In this document: one piece after another, positions 27,202-41,456 of the stretch | How the letters are laid out: each line of letters starts with the position of its first letter | Position numbering within the stretch: position 1 is the stretch's first letter | Notes under the pieces: model-generated | What the model saw: the letters and a program-made list of their open reading frames with translations, nothing else | Database searches by the model: none | What the model was told of the DNA's origin: nothing | Program-made: the position numbers and the translations under genes | Source of the DNA: Balanoglossus misakiensis | Lineage: Eukaryota; Animalia; Hemichordata | Assembly (NCBI GenBank): GCA_040954595.2 | Contig: CM082586.2 | Span: forward strand, 5,256,509-5,320,508 | Direction: 5' to 3' | DNA length: 64,000 nt

Positions 27202-30200
27202 TCACGTCGTAGCGCAGGACCCAACGTGTAACCTGATGATGCCTTTGTTGTGTAAATCGACATACGACTGAAACTCTGCGGATATGTCGTGATGTCCGAT
27301 GGCCAAGGGTCTTGCTTGTTCATCAAAATAATGATATAAGAGTGGGCGTCCATCTTGATCTTCTGCGAAAGGCCAGTATCCATAGAGATGAACCTCTTCA
27401 CACATGCTCATTGCAGAGGTCAGGAGAATTAGCCCTGCGTAAATTAGAACAACAGAAGTTGCATATAAGGGGAGAACCCTTTGATTTATGTGTGGTGTAT
27501 AGAGGATATTTTATAGTGACGTTTGGCGTTGACAAAAAATATTACAATTCAAAATGGCTTCCTGTCGGCCATATTGGATCATATCGTCATGAAGATATAT
27601 GTGAACAAGATCAATAAATGTCATCGTCTTGGTCATACCTGTTGTTAAGCGTAGTTCCGAGATGTTATGGTGATTTTTCCAATACTGCCGGAGCAGAATC
27701 ATGTGATCTGGGTGTGGAAAGACGGCCGAAAGTTTGGTTTTTCGGTTCAAAATATCTTGCGCCTTGAAGGAGAGACTTGCACACCAGTAATAAGTAAACG
27801 CTGGCAGGTACACTGCAGCATTTCCGTATTCGTGTGCCATATATTGTCTGAAAGGCTTCCTTCTCGTTCGACTTAGCTTACTGTACCTGCATTGAAATAA
27901 GAAAAACACGACAGTGATTCACGGTCCCTCAGTTCGACAAAACGTATATCCTTGTATTTCCGTTGGTACATGTATATGGAGTTGTCAAAATCCAGCAAGT
28001 GGGACAAGAAACGTGTATAATGTTGCACCTTTGTGACTTAGTGCATAATTTATCGACTTCATAGTGTAGCGCAGGCAGCGATGGGAATGGGGGCAAGGGA
28101 CCAGACTACCAACCAGATTGATTCTTACCAACGGAAGTACGAGGATGTAAGGTCACACAGGGGTCATGAAAATGGCAAATTGTATACAACCGTTACAGTT
28201 AGGCCAACGGTTCAATATACGAAATAAGAATATCATAACACAAGTTTTTAAAATCTAATTTAAAGTGTACCCACTTCAATTTCAGGATGGATGGATTGCA
28301 CGTGACAAGGTTCGTCTTCGAGCCGACGTCTTTACTAAACTTGCGCACGGTAGCAAGATTGTACCTGAAATGTGAGACAAAGAATAACAGCATACATACA
28401 TTAATTTCCATCAGGTGTTTTATGTAGATGCATTGTGTTAAATTTCACTCGTTCATTTACTCCAAAGAGAAGATAATCTTGCTATTTCGAACGAGCAATA
28501 AGGGACACAAGTACATCCTTTTTCATAGGCAAATACAAAAGTCTGCGTTTGGAAATAGTTTTAGTGAGGTTGACCAACGTTTTATCAGCCAATCGCAGCC
28601 ATAAAGACTAAATCCTGTTACTTTTAAATTATAGCAGTCACGCGAGTCTCCCTGTGTCCAAGTATCTAATGTGCAATTCTTATCATTTCCCGGTAACCAC
28701 ATTGTTACTTTTTGACTGCAAAACTGATTAAAATGTCGACCAACGGCCCGGAAACTTTTTATCGGTGTTTATTTTGTTGTTAATAAATATTCGGATCACC
28801 CGACCGAGAAATATGTAAGATATGAGAACTTGCCTTATCACGAAGTCAGCCTTGTCTATGGATTGACCACATTTGCTGTCCAACAGAACCCCACTGCTTC
28901 CCACTAAGCTACATTTCTTGAAGGATTGTTTACGATAAGGCATTGTCTGGAGAGAGAGAGAGAAAGAGAGAGAAAGAGGGAGAGAGAGAAGGCGTGGAAG
29001 ATATGTGTTATTGTATAAGCTTATATTCATTGGTGTGACAACTATACAGAACCAACGATGGGCATGTACGTTTATCAGGACCGTAGCTCGCAGGGGTGGG
29101 GGTGGGGCATCTATCCTCCGGGGATTTTGCACGCTGGTCTTCAAGAGTTGTATCAAGAAAGCATCAATTAAAAATATGACGATTTGTATTCTTTCCAACA
29201 AGAACCTGTGTATATCTACGATAATAAAATGTTTACATGTTACTGTACTGACTTCGATAGTGTAGATCAATAAGTTTTTTTTTAAATAGCGAATTGAAAG
29301 TTGAACACCACACAGCAACCTGTGGTGCGTCCCCACTTTCCTTTCACTGCATTGTAACTTTTATTGTTTCGTTTGAGTATGTGTGTGTGAGCACGTGGCC
29401 GGCGGTTTTACCTGGACGTTCAACAGTGCACGTAATAAATGTCAATCAGGTCAAAGATATCAGGTATGTCCAAAATAAGCATTTCCAAGAAACTGCGTTG
29501 TGTCCAGCAATCTATTTTGACTTGTGTCAACAAACAAACAGGAAATGTCATAGTCTGCAGTTTTACATGGACGTTGAATTGTGCACGGTCAGATATCAAG
29601 TCTCAAGTATGTCCAAAATTGGCAGTTCCAATAAAATGCCTCGTGTCCAGCGATATATTTTGAATTTTGTCAACGAATAAACAGGAAAAGCTAACCTTTT
29701 CGCATTAAAAAAAACAATTTGGTAGTTCTGATGTCGCCATTAGTATCAACAGAGTCAATTTATATACATTGTAGATCCCTCGTATTCTCTGGGCTGAAAT
29801 ACTGACTATAGTACATGTACTTGACACATCTGTTTACAGAATACAAAAATGATCACCAAATTGGCAAGTATTTTTCTTTGCAAAATACATGACATCTGCA
29901 ATTCATACCGTAGGCAATTCCGGCTAAAAGTGTAAAATAATATGAGATGAATATGAAACAATAGGAGGTGATTATTACCTCTGGAAATCTGTCATATATA
30001 TGCTGGGTGATATTCAAATGCTTCCTTTGCTGGGCATCAAAGCTTAAGTACTCGTTGAGTTTCACATTAGCCTTCGTTGTCAAAAACAGTTCACTTGTCT
30101 TGCAGTTCGCCTCCAGACTTGATCTAGAGGGGGAGGAGGTAAACAAAAATTGTGAATTTCAATAACGAGTAGCAATTAATAAACAGACAGCTAATTCATA

Positions 30201-33200
30201 ATTACGAGATCAATAAGTCCTTATAACAAGTCAAGGTATCTCGTAATCAAGCGAATATACATCGTTATTGTGCAAAATAGATATGCAATAATTACAACCA
30301 AACATCGCCTCACTCCGCGGCTATTACATACGCAGACGTCCATGATCATATCACAGCTAATATTGACTATCGCATATCAGTTACTGTGTGCAAAGTTTGA
30401 TTTTCTCAACTTATCAGAACAGATAACCACTACCACATGCTGTCTACACATCATAAAACGACATTAAAGTTTGAACACCGATAAACTTTTAAAAATACAC
30501 AACATCGCTCGCGAGGTCGGTCATTTTTTTTAATCACGTAAAATCCAAAAGTCTGCTTCCGGCTTCATTTTGAATTATTACCAAGAAAGCAAGTTCCAAC
30601 GTGCTCATGCAGTGTGTCAGTTTTTATTAGCACCGCGTGCAACGTGGCGATAATTGATCAAGATTTTGACAGACTAATTCGTAATAACCAGGTAATTATC
30701 CAGTACGTACGCGAAAATACATCATAATTATGCAAAATATATAACAATAACTACGCTTTAATGATCTCACTATAATCACTCTCGCATTCTAAAACCTATG
30801 ATAATTATAGACCATTTTTTTCATAAAGAAATCAAAGAAAGAATATTGATTTATGGGTGAATTTCGTGTAACGTGGCGATAATTTATCCAAATGTTGTCA
30901 GATACCCGCATATGTGTATATTCAGCATTCCTATTGTGCAAAATCTGTACACAAATCCAGACTATAATTCATTTCTCAACAATAGCAGTGACTATTGCAA
31001 GCATACAGACTATGTTGACAATCAGAGTACTGGTTATACGTATACTGGAATAGAACAAGCAATTAGTTAATAAACATAACAAAAAGACTGAAATTAAAGC
31101 CAAAAGATACAGCTAATGTCGCTTTAACTCACTGGTTGATAGGGAGCTATACAATAGAAAATATCGACGGTGTCGTGACAAGTTGCAACGGTCATGTCAA
31201 TATGTTGAATAGAAAGTATTTAACAACACTATGAGGGTTATTGACTATAGCTCTTTATCACCTGAGCACACACGTATCATTCATTCGCGTGGATTCATGT
31301 GATGTTTTCATTTTCGTTTATTACAACATTAGATTTGGTTGAATGCAATATTACAACTACTGTAATCGAATATGTGACTGTGGTGGAGAATAGTGGAGGT
31401 TCGTGTGGGTGCGTGTGCGTGCGTGCGTGCGTGCGTGCGTGTCTGTGTGTGTGAAGTTGGCGGTTAGTACAGTGCACCAAAAGTGTAGTTACATTGTTCA
31501 TATGTGTGGACACAAATGAAAAAACACGCCGCGGTGTCATAGGTAATAAAATAAACATCACGTTCTGTAGTCACAAACAACTACCGGGCCAAATCCGCTG
31601 CAACAGTAAGCCAGACTTCCATTAACCAGTTTCAACGAGCTCAGCAAAGCTGCCATTTTAACCTTCCTAAGTGGCACAACCTTGCCGGACCACAGTGGTC
31701 GGTGTTTGACACCCGCACTAACAAAACCCCCACCTTGTATAGGTCAGCCCCGAATTGTTCTCGCCGGCTATGGAAAGCCACGTCAATGGCGTGATTGTCT
31801 GAAACTCATGGTCGATTCAATGAGACGAAGGAATCTGTGCAAAAATTTCAGTGGGCCATTTTGTCTTTGGGGGACGGACAATGACCTTGCTTCTATAGTG
31901 GTCATGACTATATACGAGAAGCCGTTTAGTCTCCTGACGAGCGAGTCCAGTGACTCACAAAACAACGTCGTGGAGAATATACCGCCTCGCCTACCGTTTC
32001 TCCAGCTACCCTTATTTTAAACGAGAACTGATATATACACGTCCTTGGCCGTTCTTTTGGTAGATATTTTGTATTAGAACCTATACCTCCTCAATAACGT
32101 AGGAGATTCTGAACAAAACTAATTGTATTTGTCACAAGAAAACAATTTCTAAAGTGACTCCGGGAGAAGGGGGTCGTGGCCATGCCATTATAAGCACAGA
32201 AAATCAGAAGGGTCGACTAGTCTCCAGCCGGCCAATCAAAGGTCACCTTCATCGTTTGGCATCTTTTGTGTAAATTTCAAGAAAATGGCAGTATTGTAAC
32301 AGCGTTTTCTTGAAATTCTATATAAGGCTATGGGATATGATAGCCATGCACTGCACCTGGGTATGCATTTCACATTGTGTTTCCGTTCCCCGAAGGTTGT
32401 GACTCCTGCGTCACCGATAAATGACACCGTGTCAACAAGTCTCGCCTCGGATACATTACCCGAATAAACTATTTTTTAAACCGGGTTATCAACGCCGCTA
32501 AACTTCAATTAAAAAATCAAGAACAAGATAACTGCTTGTCGGGCTGGCTACCAATTACTGAACTACAGATGCGAGTTAAAAATTCACTATTTGGTCAGAA
32601 TCGGCCGATCCCTCTGTTAGTCGTATACAATCAAATCATGCATGACCATTGACCTGCCCAGCCTGTGGTTATAGTAAAAAAGGCGGCTTTAGCTTAAGTT
32701 GGGATAAACGGGTCAAGGATTTTGGCTGCCTGTGTTTTACATCCTCACAATTTTCATGGAAACTGCCCTCTAGGCAGCTTCCCATTACTTTGATCTCACT
32801 TGTTCCCGACCCTGTTCAAGCACCTTCAAGTAATCCCTTTGACATATAAGACTTTCTGTTGAAATGTCCGATGCAAATCACAGCTATTGGGGCAACAGCA
32901 ATGATACACTGAACACCCAAAGTTATACGTTTCACTGCAAATATATTTGTCATACAGGAAGAAAAATAATATCATAGAACAAGCATTGAAACTTAAATGT
33001 TACTAGGGTTCTTACTTAAATATTGTAATGTCCTCAAGAAACTTGTATCAGTTCCGCGGTAATATTACACACGTGGTGAACGGACGCGATAATTCAGTGT
33101 TCCTTGAGTTCTCTGCACCAACCCGACGATGGTTCACGCTGGCGTGCTGCTTTCTCATAAAGTTCTTTCCTGAAGTCCTCTCAGAAGAAATTAACAGGTT

Positions 33201-34656
33201 CACTTCACTTACAGTTGCTGGCGTAGACATGCATTTTAAGTCCGAGAGCAACGCTGAATTCAAACCAACAGGACATACCCGACGTGCTGAACTTCAACAC
33301 CGAGCTCACACGTGGATTACAAGATACCAGTCCCCGTCGCTCATGGCCGAGTGCAACTTGTCTGTTTTCTGTTCGGCTCACGCCACTTGACTGCCGTTGC
33401 CGAGAGTCAAAAATCAAAAACCCTTACGTAATATTCAAAATACCCAGGTGTACGGCTACTACAGCTAATGCTATGTTAATGACGTACACCCTTATTGTTC
33501 ATCCACCACTGATATTTAAATTAATTAGCCAAGTAACTGTAAAAAGGTAAAAAAATCATTTATGTTTTGGATACAATTTTGTCCTAAAATCCAGACCTGA
33601 ATGAGTCGGCATTGTTGAAAACTAAGTAAACACATTCGGTGTGTGACACCCCCCCCCCTCCCCCATTCGCAGTTTCGTTGGAACTGGCCGCTCCGTTAGC
33701 AGTAATCAGGAAGTTACTTAGTAATGTTAGTCAAACATGACGTCTCGTGTTGCGCGCTAAGTCACGCGCTGCACGAGTTGGCAAACTGACTTAACAACGA
33801 AAAATTCTGCGTAGTCATGTTTCCTTGTGTAAAAGTGAAAGCGGCAAGAGTACTCCATAAGTTTTACACAACTTTGACTGAATCCATTTACCCTACGAGT
33901 TCTCGCATGTAGTTCATAGGGGGTTGATACAAGAGAACAAAACAAATCTCACCTGAACTCATTCGCCGCTGTTGCGTTAAATGTCCATTCTCGATCCTGG
34001 ATTCTTTTTAACATAGTTTTGGCCATCGATGCTGTTACTGAACCACCTTCCGTCTCGTCTGTCTTTGTTCTACTTTTCCAAATTGCAGTTCTCCTCGATA
34101 TATTGAAAGTGGCACTGAAATTCGCTTTTGTGTTGTACAGTTTAGGAAAACTAGTGCCGTTCTTAGTTATTTCTACGGAGGGCTGTTTTGACTCCCTAGT
34201 CCTCGTTTTGCGCATATCAATCACATGAGTTTTAATCCGGCTCTTTTTTGGAGTTGGCACTTTCCTCTCGACCATTTCCGCCGACACCTCCCTTAATATG
34301 TTACCCAGTTTAGTTATATTATCCACTATTGATAGAACGGTTTCCGGCACAACCGCTTTGACGAAAATATGGTCTGCTTTTTGAGCGCCTCTCGGCTGAG
34401 ACACATTATCGGTTTTAACCGTCGTGTTGCTCATTACACCGACGGCGTCAGGGATGACGAAATCACCAGCGCTCCAGTTGCTGGTGTCCAGCTCGTCCTC
34501 CGCAAGGGCAAGAGAAGTGATGTAAGCACGTGTTCTCCTTGAAATTGAGTTGTATCTTTCAGTGTTTGGATCGGAAGCCAGCAACATCAGAAGGATCATG
34601 TAGTTGCTAAGTCCAATGAAAATCAGCAGTAATAGTGTCACTGATCGTGCCTGCAT
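27202..34656 (-). CDS. ST8SIA: Alpha-2,8-sialyltransferase-like (GT29) copy B; exons 34656-33953, 30123-29979, 28946-28834, 28364-28275, 27886-27639, 27434-27202 (510 aa)
   Basis: TM anchor and long stem ending EWTFNATAANEFR, motif L [30 protein letters not shown], motif S [43 protein letters not shown]. Exon sum 1533 nt is in frame. GC donor at intron 3. Confidence 0.9.
31406..31452. repeat. (GTGC)n/(GT)n microsatellite
   Basis: Tandem gtgc units visible in copy B intron 1. Confidence 0.8.
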
Positions 34657-36477
34657 GATGAACTTGTCAGTCTGAAAAAAAAAATTGTAAAAAAATATTT
34701 CATCATAGTCAAGTTCTGTCCGCCGTAAAAAAAAACTTATTCCGAACAATCAACGATTACTATAAACGCTTCTGCGTGCAAGCAATCTCCAAACGTTATG
34801 GTGTTAAATTCACTGGTGACGTCCACATCTGAAATTATGTCCGTAAAAAATAATGTAGTGTGAACATTTTACGGAACGATGCGATGTACATGTACCAATA
34901 CCATGACATTGTTCAGAATTTAGTAGTGCGATTCAATCGCTAAACAGTTGTTGTTTTCGTGAAGCCTTCGGGGTTGAATATTTTCCCATAGGATGGGCTT
35001 CCCTCAACCGTTGACGTACAAAATGTACTATCAAAACTGGGCATGGCACACACACACACATACACACACACGTTGCCAGACTTTGCTTCAAATTGAAATT
35101 CATTTTGACGAAATGCGAGAAGTACTTACGATGAGCTTTGCTTGATAATGTCAGAACCGCCTCCTACTGGACTCCAGACTACGACAACACTTTAAGGTCA
35201 ACTGCTCCCTGCGTCCTTCGCCTGTTGAGAAGCTTAGCCGTAGAGTGTCCCGAGACGATAATGTATATCAAAGGCGATGGGTCACGTTGGGTCCCCGCAC
35301 TGTAAATCACCTGACCTAACAAGAGTCGTGACCTAGGAAACTATTGTAGGCGTGGACACAGAATACGACCGTGTACATGTACATGCATATAGTTACCTGC
35401 AGTCCAGCCGAAGCCGTCAAAATTTTGCATTCAATCTTACAATTTAGCTTTGGACTGTGATAATCATTAATTTGGTGGCCTGGTATAGACGTTCTTTAAA
35501 CTCGGCACTATCTCTGGACTTAATGAAGAGCAGAAAGGACGAAGAAGCCAAAGTTCTCTGACCTCACAGTATCCGGCTATAGGGCTATAGACTATACAAA
35601 GCCACGACTTTGAAAAACACCAACATCTCATTACAACGGTATAAAGTGGATTTTTCCCATGTCGTAAAAGGTGGGGGGAGGGGAGGTTAAACATAAGTGT
35701 CACTAATGGCGTACTGTTATGAGGAATGTCAAGATACACTATTTGGGTCAGAGCTTTTACGAAATTAACGCGATGCTTATAACAATTCAAATTCTGACAA
35801 AAGACTCAAGGGCGTGTTCTGCTAACCAAGTGCATTATTAGGTGTGTTACGCTTTCATTAACGTGGAAAATCATTGGGCTATCCCATTCCCGTGAGATCG
35901 CGAGATATTTGAGACAATATGCAGAAAACCTAACTATACATCAACAGGTGTGTACTCTGTGAGACACACTTGCGATATTTTACGATTTCACGACAGCCTT
36001 TCAAGTCACAAATTTGAAACGCCCTCTATTCGAGAACAAAAAATCTCAGTTCACTGAACTACGAACACAGTAGTGATTTGTAATTGTGAAATTGTGTGTT
36101 TATAATTTTGTCTCCAGATAATAGCCATGCCTTAGTCGGTTGGATAGATTAGTTAAAAGTAACTGCTCTCAAATCAGAAATCAGATAAAAGCCGTGCAGT
36201 TATATTATAAACTGCTAAATTTAACAATCGCAAAGAATCGGGGCAGATGGTGGCACATACTTGCTAGAGAACGTGCAGATACTAATTGTGGAAGGTCACC
36301 TTGGGTTTTGGAAGACGCCTAAACATTTAAAGGGGAGGTAGTAGGTGAATGTCCGGGGAAACACTTATTTTTCAGTGGCCATAATTATAGGTCTGGTTTT
36401 CTCAAAGTGTGATTGATGTGCTGACGTCATGGGTCACAACGCTCTTAAATCGTGACAGAGGGTGAACATTCCAATTA

Positions 36478-36646
36478 GGGAGCCGTCATTATTTACGGCC
36501 TGGGGGTCGGGGGAATCATAGGGGGGGTCACTCAAAATTTCTGTGTTATAAAGGGGGGTTACTCAGATTCCGCATGCTTGGCAGGGGTTACTCGAGTGAA
36601 AATCCTCCGCCCCCCCCCCCCCAGGCCATAAACAATGACGGCTCCC
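36478..36646. mobile_element. 169 bp PIF/Harbinger (Tourist-like) MITE
   Basis: TIRs GGGAGCCGTCATTATTTACGGCCTGGGGG and CCCCCAGGCCATAAACAATGACGGCTCCC (about 29 bp, 2 mismatches), flanked by TTA on both sides (36475-36477, 36647-36649). Confidence 0.85.
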
Positions 36647-38258
36647 TTAGATGGAGGCGAAACTACTAGTGCGTCATAGTAGGTTGTCCGCGCACTCTGA
36701 ACATGCTTTGTGTAGAAAATATTTGTCTGAGTCAGAGACAGGCGTTCTAACTCGCTCTGAACTGCTCCACTGGGCGATTCTGCCGTTGGTAATAACACCG
36801 CGTAGCCCCGACTACAAGAAAAAACAAAACACGGCCGAGAGAGTGATGAGGTCGTGGACCTGCAGCTATTCGTTAACTGCGTCTACAACCATTTGCATGA
36901 CAATGTAAAAGTAAAAGTTTGACGTCACATTGACATTTTTCAAGTCAATCTTCAAACGACTTCTGTCAGCCAATCCGGGCATAGACGTTGCGAAATCATG
37001 TAATGGACACTTGGTTTTTATTTTGTTCGTTCGGATGATTACATTAGCATCAGAAAATTCAGTCGGGTTGAGAATCCGGTGCGCGATATTACCGGTCATG
37101 GCTGGCAGATCAGAGAGTAAATGGTGACGTATTCTTGGGTGACAACGAATGGCAAGCGCGGAGACAAGAGCAGTGGGAATGGATAGATCTGGCAGCAGGT
37201 ACCATTGCAGTGCACAGAATAACCGAAAGATTCGAGACCGCCTCTGAATGGCTCCGCGACTCAAAAGTAATTATACTGGTAAAAAGGGTCACGGACAATA
37301 ATATTTAATGTTCTCTTTCTTTACTACACGATAGTTAGTCAAATAATTACAAGTACTTGCATTTTCAGACTTTCTGAAGCGTCATCCGTTTATCCCTACA
37401 AAGTAATCGGATACCTCCCCCTCGATCAAAAACTTAGCGCATTCCAGTTTCGTAGCCTGGCCACTTAACACCAAAGAAACTGACGAATAAAATGTTTTCT
37501 TATCGGCGCCGCTGTGATAATGCCATTGTTCGTGTGTCCCAATTCATTTCAATTGGTCCGTGGGAAAGGCGAGACTTCATTGATGACGGCATAATACCAG
37601 GTGTATCGCCGCGCCGGTCCTATCTCGAGGTGTGGTTATCTAACAATGAACGCGCCAAAACGGTCCCAACGACCACCAACGGGGCCAAAATACCTTCAAT
37701 TCCGTTTTAAGTCTCAAGCTCGGATCAGTTCCGTCGATTCCACCATTTCATCGATTAACTCCGAAGTCTAACGGGTCCAGAATTCTTGAAAATCTATCGC
37801 ATGTTTCTTTGAAATTGATAGGCTTATATTTACACACAGAACCAGAATCCGAACCCGAATATGAAGACGAGACACCAGAGCGCCGCCATGGTTCGCTTCA
37901 CTTGATTTACTACGTTGTGATGTCGTTATTTCCAAGGTACATGTACTTTTTGGCCTGATATACGCATGGAAAGACTAATATAAAAAGAAAAGAAAAATAC
38001 AGTACTTGCATTGTGGAGGACGGGACCAAATACGGACACTGGAAGTGATTTGTGTGTCATTTTATTAACCAGAGTCTGGGTTATTCTCATTTAAATCAGG
38101 CAATATTTCACACTTTTGTAAGTCTCTCATGTGGTTGCGTGATCAGTATATTAACCTACTTAGGAATGTTTTCGTTGTGTAGTCAACGTGTACCATGATA
38201 CCACACGTATTAAGGAGAAGCTTATGTTCACTATTGTGCTGTGTGTTCAGAGATGGGG

Positions 38259-38365
38259 ACTGAGACAAAGACAGAGACGTACAGACAGACAGACAGACAA
38301 ATAGACAGTCAGTGAGTGACACAACAGGCAGACAGACAGACGGACGGACAGATAGAGACGGGCAG
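38259..38365. repeat. Degenerate (GACA)n microsatellite
   Basis: Interrupted acag/gaca/gacg units downstream of copy C. Confidence 0.7.
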
Positions 38366-38708
38366 ACCGAAAAACTCGCAGCTGCAGGCGTTACGACAAA
38401 CACTCTCGGATCACGAACATAGTACACCTTTAGTAAAATTCTTTGTCGGCATCCATTTCCACAAAGCTACGCAATCCGTACGTGAGGTAAAAAAATATGT
38501 ATTTCTTATAATAAACTGGTTATTTATCAAAGGTCTCAAAGTAAAAATAAATATCGATTTCTCGCAATAAACCAATTTATTTGTCAGATGTCACCAAGTA
38601 CCGTTGATAAACGGTTTTATATTATCTATGTGTTTCCATATCCTTGCCCGCCTTAGTCCTCAAAAATCCGTATAAGAAACGTCATCACAAACAGTGCACC
38701 TGGTGACG

Positions 38709-41456
38709 TCACGACGTATCGCCGCAGGGTGTGACGTGCAGTCGGATAACGCCATTGTTATGCAAATCGACGTAAGACTGAAACTCGGCGGGGATGTCAT
38801 GGTGGGCCTTGTTCAGGGGCTTCGCGCCCTCGTCATGGTAATGATACAAGAGAGGCTTGCCATCCGGGTCCTCTGAAAAAGGCCAGTAACCATAGAGATG
38901 AATCTCCTCACAAATGCTCATCGCAGCGGTGAAAAGAATTAACCCTGCAGATTTTGTAAAAAAAAAAAACACCACAAAATTGTGAATCTTGTTCGTATAG
39001 AATGTGGATCTGTACCCATGTCGGTCTGGTCACCCTTAAAATATGCCTCAGTAGTTTATTCCTTTAGAGACCTGAAAGTTCCCCAGCCATATATTCCATC
39101 ACCCAAAAGCGAAAGTACCCAAGCGCACCCCTTTCCATTATCAGGCCGCATTTTTCCAAGACAAGCGGATATTATACATAATATGTTGAATGTCAATGGA
39201 CCTTCGTAATTGCTGTCTTCCTTGACTGTGGCTGATCAAATATTAACGCACTGGCGAATCCGTATGGTTAATAATTCAAAGTATGTGCCACTCAACACGG
39301 ATGTGGCTAAGCTTAGAAATATGAAATTCATCAAAAAGTAATATTTTTCGTCCCACGTAGCTCTGCATGTAAAACCGTCTTACCCGTTGTTGATCTTTCT
39401 TCCTGGATGTTGTGTTGGGACCTCCAGTACTGCCTGACCAACTCCATGTGAACCGGATGCGGAAATACCGCCTTGATGCCCACGTTATTCAGAATGTCTT
39501 GCGCCTTGAAGGAGAGCCTCTTGCAGTATGGATAGGAGAAAGCCGGAAAGTACACGGTAGCGTTCGGGTACTCGCTTGTCATGTGGTCCAGGAAACGCTG
39601 GGCTCCGGTGTCTGCGAGTTCTTCATACCTGGCGCGCGGAGGAAAACATGTCACGTGACGCAGAATGTGAACTACTAGTTTATAGCTAAACATGTAAAAA
39701 AAGTTGATTTTCGGTGAAACTAAAAGAAGGTTTAAACGTTTACGTACTTTAGCCTAAGGATAGTTGGATTGCACGTGATGAAGTCTGTCTTCGAACCGAC
39801 GTCTTCAGAAAAGGGTAGCACCCCAGGAAGATTATATCTGAAATAAAAGACAATACGTGTACCGATATCAAAGATGTATGACTAGCATTTTCCTGTAGGG
39901 CATGCGCACGCACACACTTGTCGACAGAAGTGAGAGGCCTACCCCTGTCTTTTAACAATAGTCTTACCTGATCACGAAATCTGCCTTGTCTATGGCTTGG
40001 CCACATTTACTGCCCAGTAGAACTCCACTGTTTCCCACCAAGCTGCATTTATTGAACGATTTCTTTTGGTACGGCATTTTCTGGAAGGGAGAGTTTAAAT
40101 CACAAGTAAGAAATCATAGCATATCACCGGGGACAAAACATGTAACTGCAATTTTGGTATTTTTCTGAAATTCACTGTCTATGCAAGTTTCACCTCACCT
40201 TGCTGCAAATTCAAAGCTTGGAAACTTGATGCGCGTTTTTATAAAGATATAATTGCCGAATAATTTTCACGATAGCAGTATGTTTTAATATATTTCAAAT
40301 GTGGACAGTAAATAATACACACGTGCTAATTATTGTAATACTTTGAATCCGTATCAATAATACCTGTGGAAGTCTTTGGTAAATATCTGTTTTCACTTTC
40401 GCCCGTGCTCTTGGTATAGCTTCATATGGTATGTACTCGTTGAGTTGAACGTTGTCTTGCGTTAATAAAAACATATCACTCGTGTTACAGTTTTTCTCTA
40501 GATGGGACCTACAGGAATGAAATCAGATATATATATATATATTTATTTTCAGAGAATAATATTTAAATAATAACACATGTAAGCGAGGGCACTATCATAG
40601 TGATTTTAGCCTGCATCATGGATGGTGATTTCTGAACATAATAATGATAGTGCAGCGTGTGTTATGTGGTCAGAAAGCACCGGCCCCAGCCAAGAGCACC
40701 AACCAATAAATGTCTGAAGGACCCTGTGTCTACCTCAAGAATAGTAACACTGCTTATGCAGAAACTATGTTTACACACATTTTCTCTGGCTGTACGCATT
40801 GAGACATAATAGTGTTGAATGGAGTGAACGGAGTGGTTACTATGGTTTGGCAAACGATATGATATCACTGTAGGGTCGTGTGTTTATCAATTTGGCGAGT
40901 ACAGATTGCATTTTGATAAGTGCGTGATTTTTGAAATAAGGAAAATAAGGCAACCTCACCTGAACTCGTCCGCTGCCGTGGAATTAAAACTCCAATTTTG
41001 ACGAATCGTTGTGAACGCCATTTTACCATCTTCCCTCTTTCCCGGATCACCACTTGGCTTGTCTTCGCCTTGCATAAAGGAAAGCCGGTTTGATCCATTA
41101 ACTGCTATTCCGGAAACATTGCCCGAGCGAGCTTTAGCACCAATCCCATTAAGATTATCCGTGTCCTTGGCAACAGAATGTTGGACGGAGAGTTGGTTCG
41201 TTCCAATGTCTGAAACATTAGCGAGCTTCGCTGTTGAATTGCGCAAGACACGGATGGCTTTATGGGACGATATGATTATCAACTCCTTCAAACTGCCCTG
41301 GACTCGGTTCTGAGCCCTCGCATTGTTGTTAGTCCTCCCCGGTTTGAAGTTGTAACCCGTCATAGTTGTATCTTGCAGCATTAGCCCCACAAGGAGCACG
41401 CAATTGAACACTCCGATCAGTAGCAGTAGGGTTAACGTCCCCGATCGATTCAGCAT
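38709..41456 (-). CDS. ST8SIA: Alpha-2,8-sialyltransferase-like (GT29) copy C; exons 41456-40960, 40508-40364, 40080-39968, 39837-39748, 39628-39384, 38944-38709 (441 aa)
   Basis: TM anchor, QNWSFNSTAADEFR, motif L [30 protein letters not shown], motif S [43 protein letters not shown]. Exon sum 1326 nt. Confidence 0.9.
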
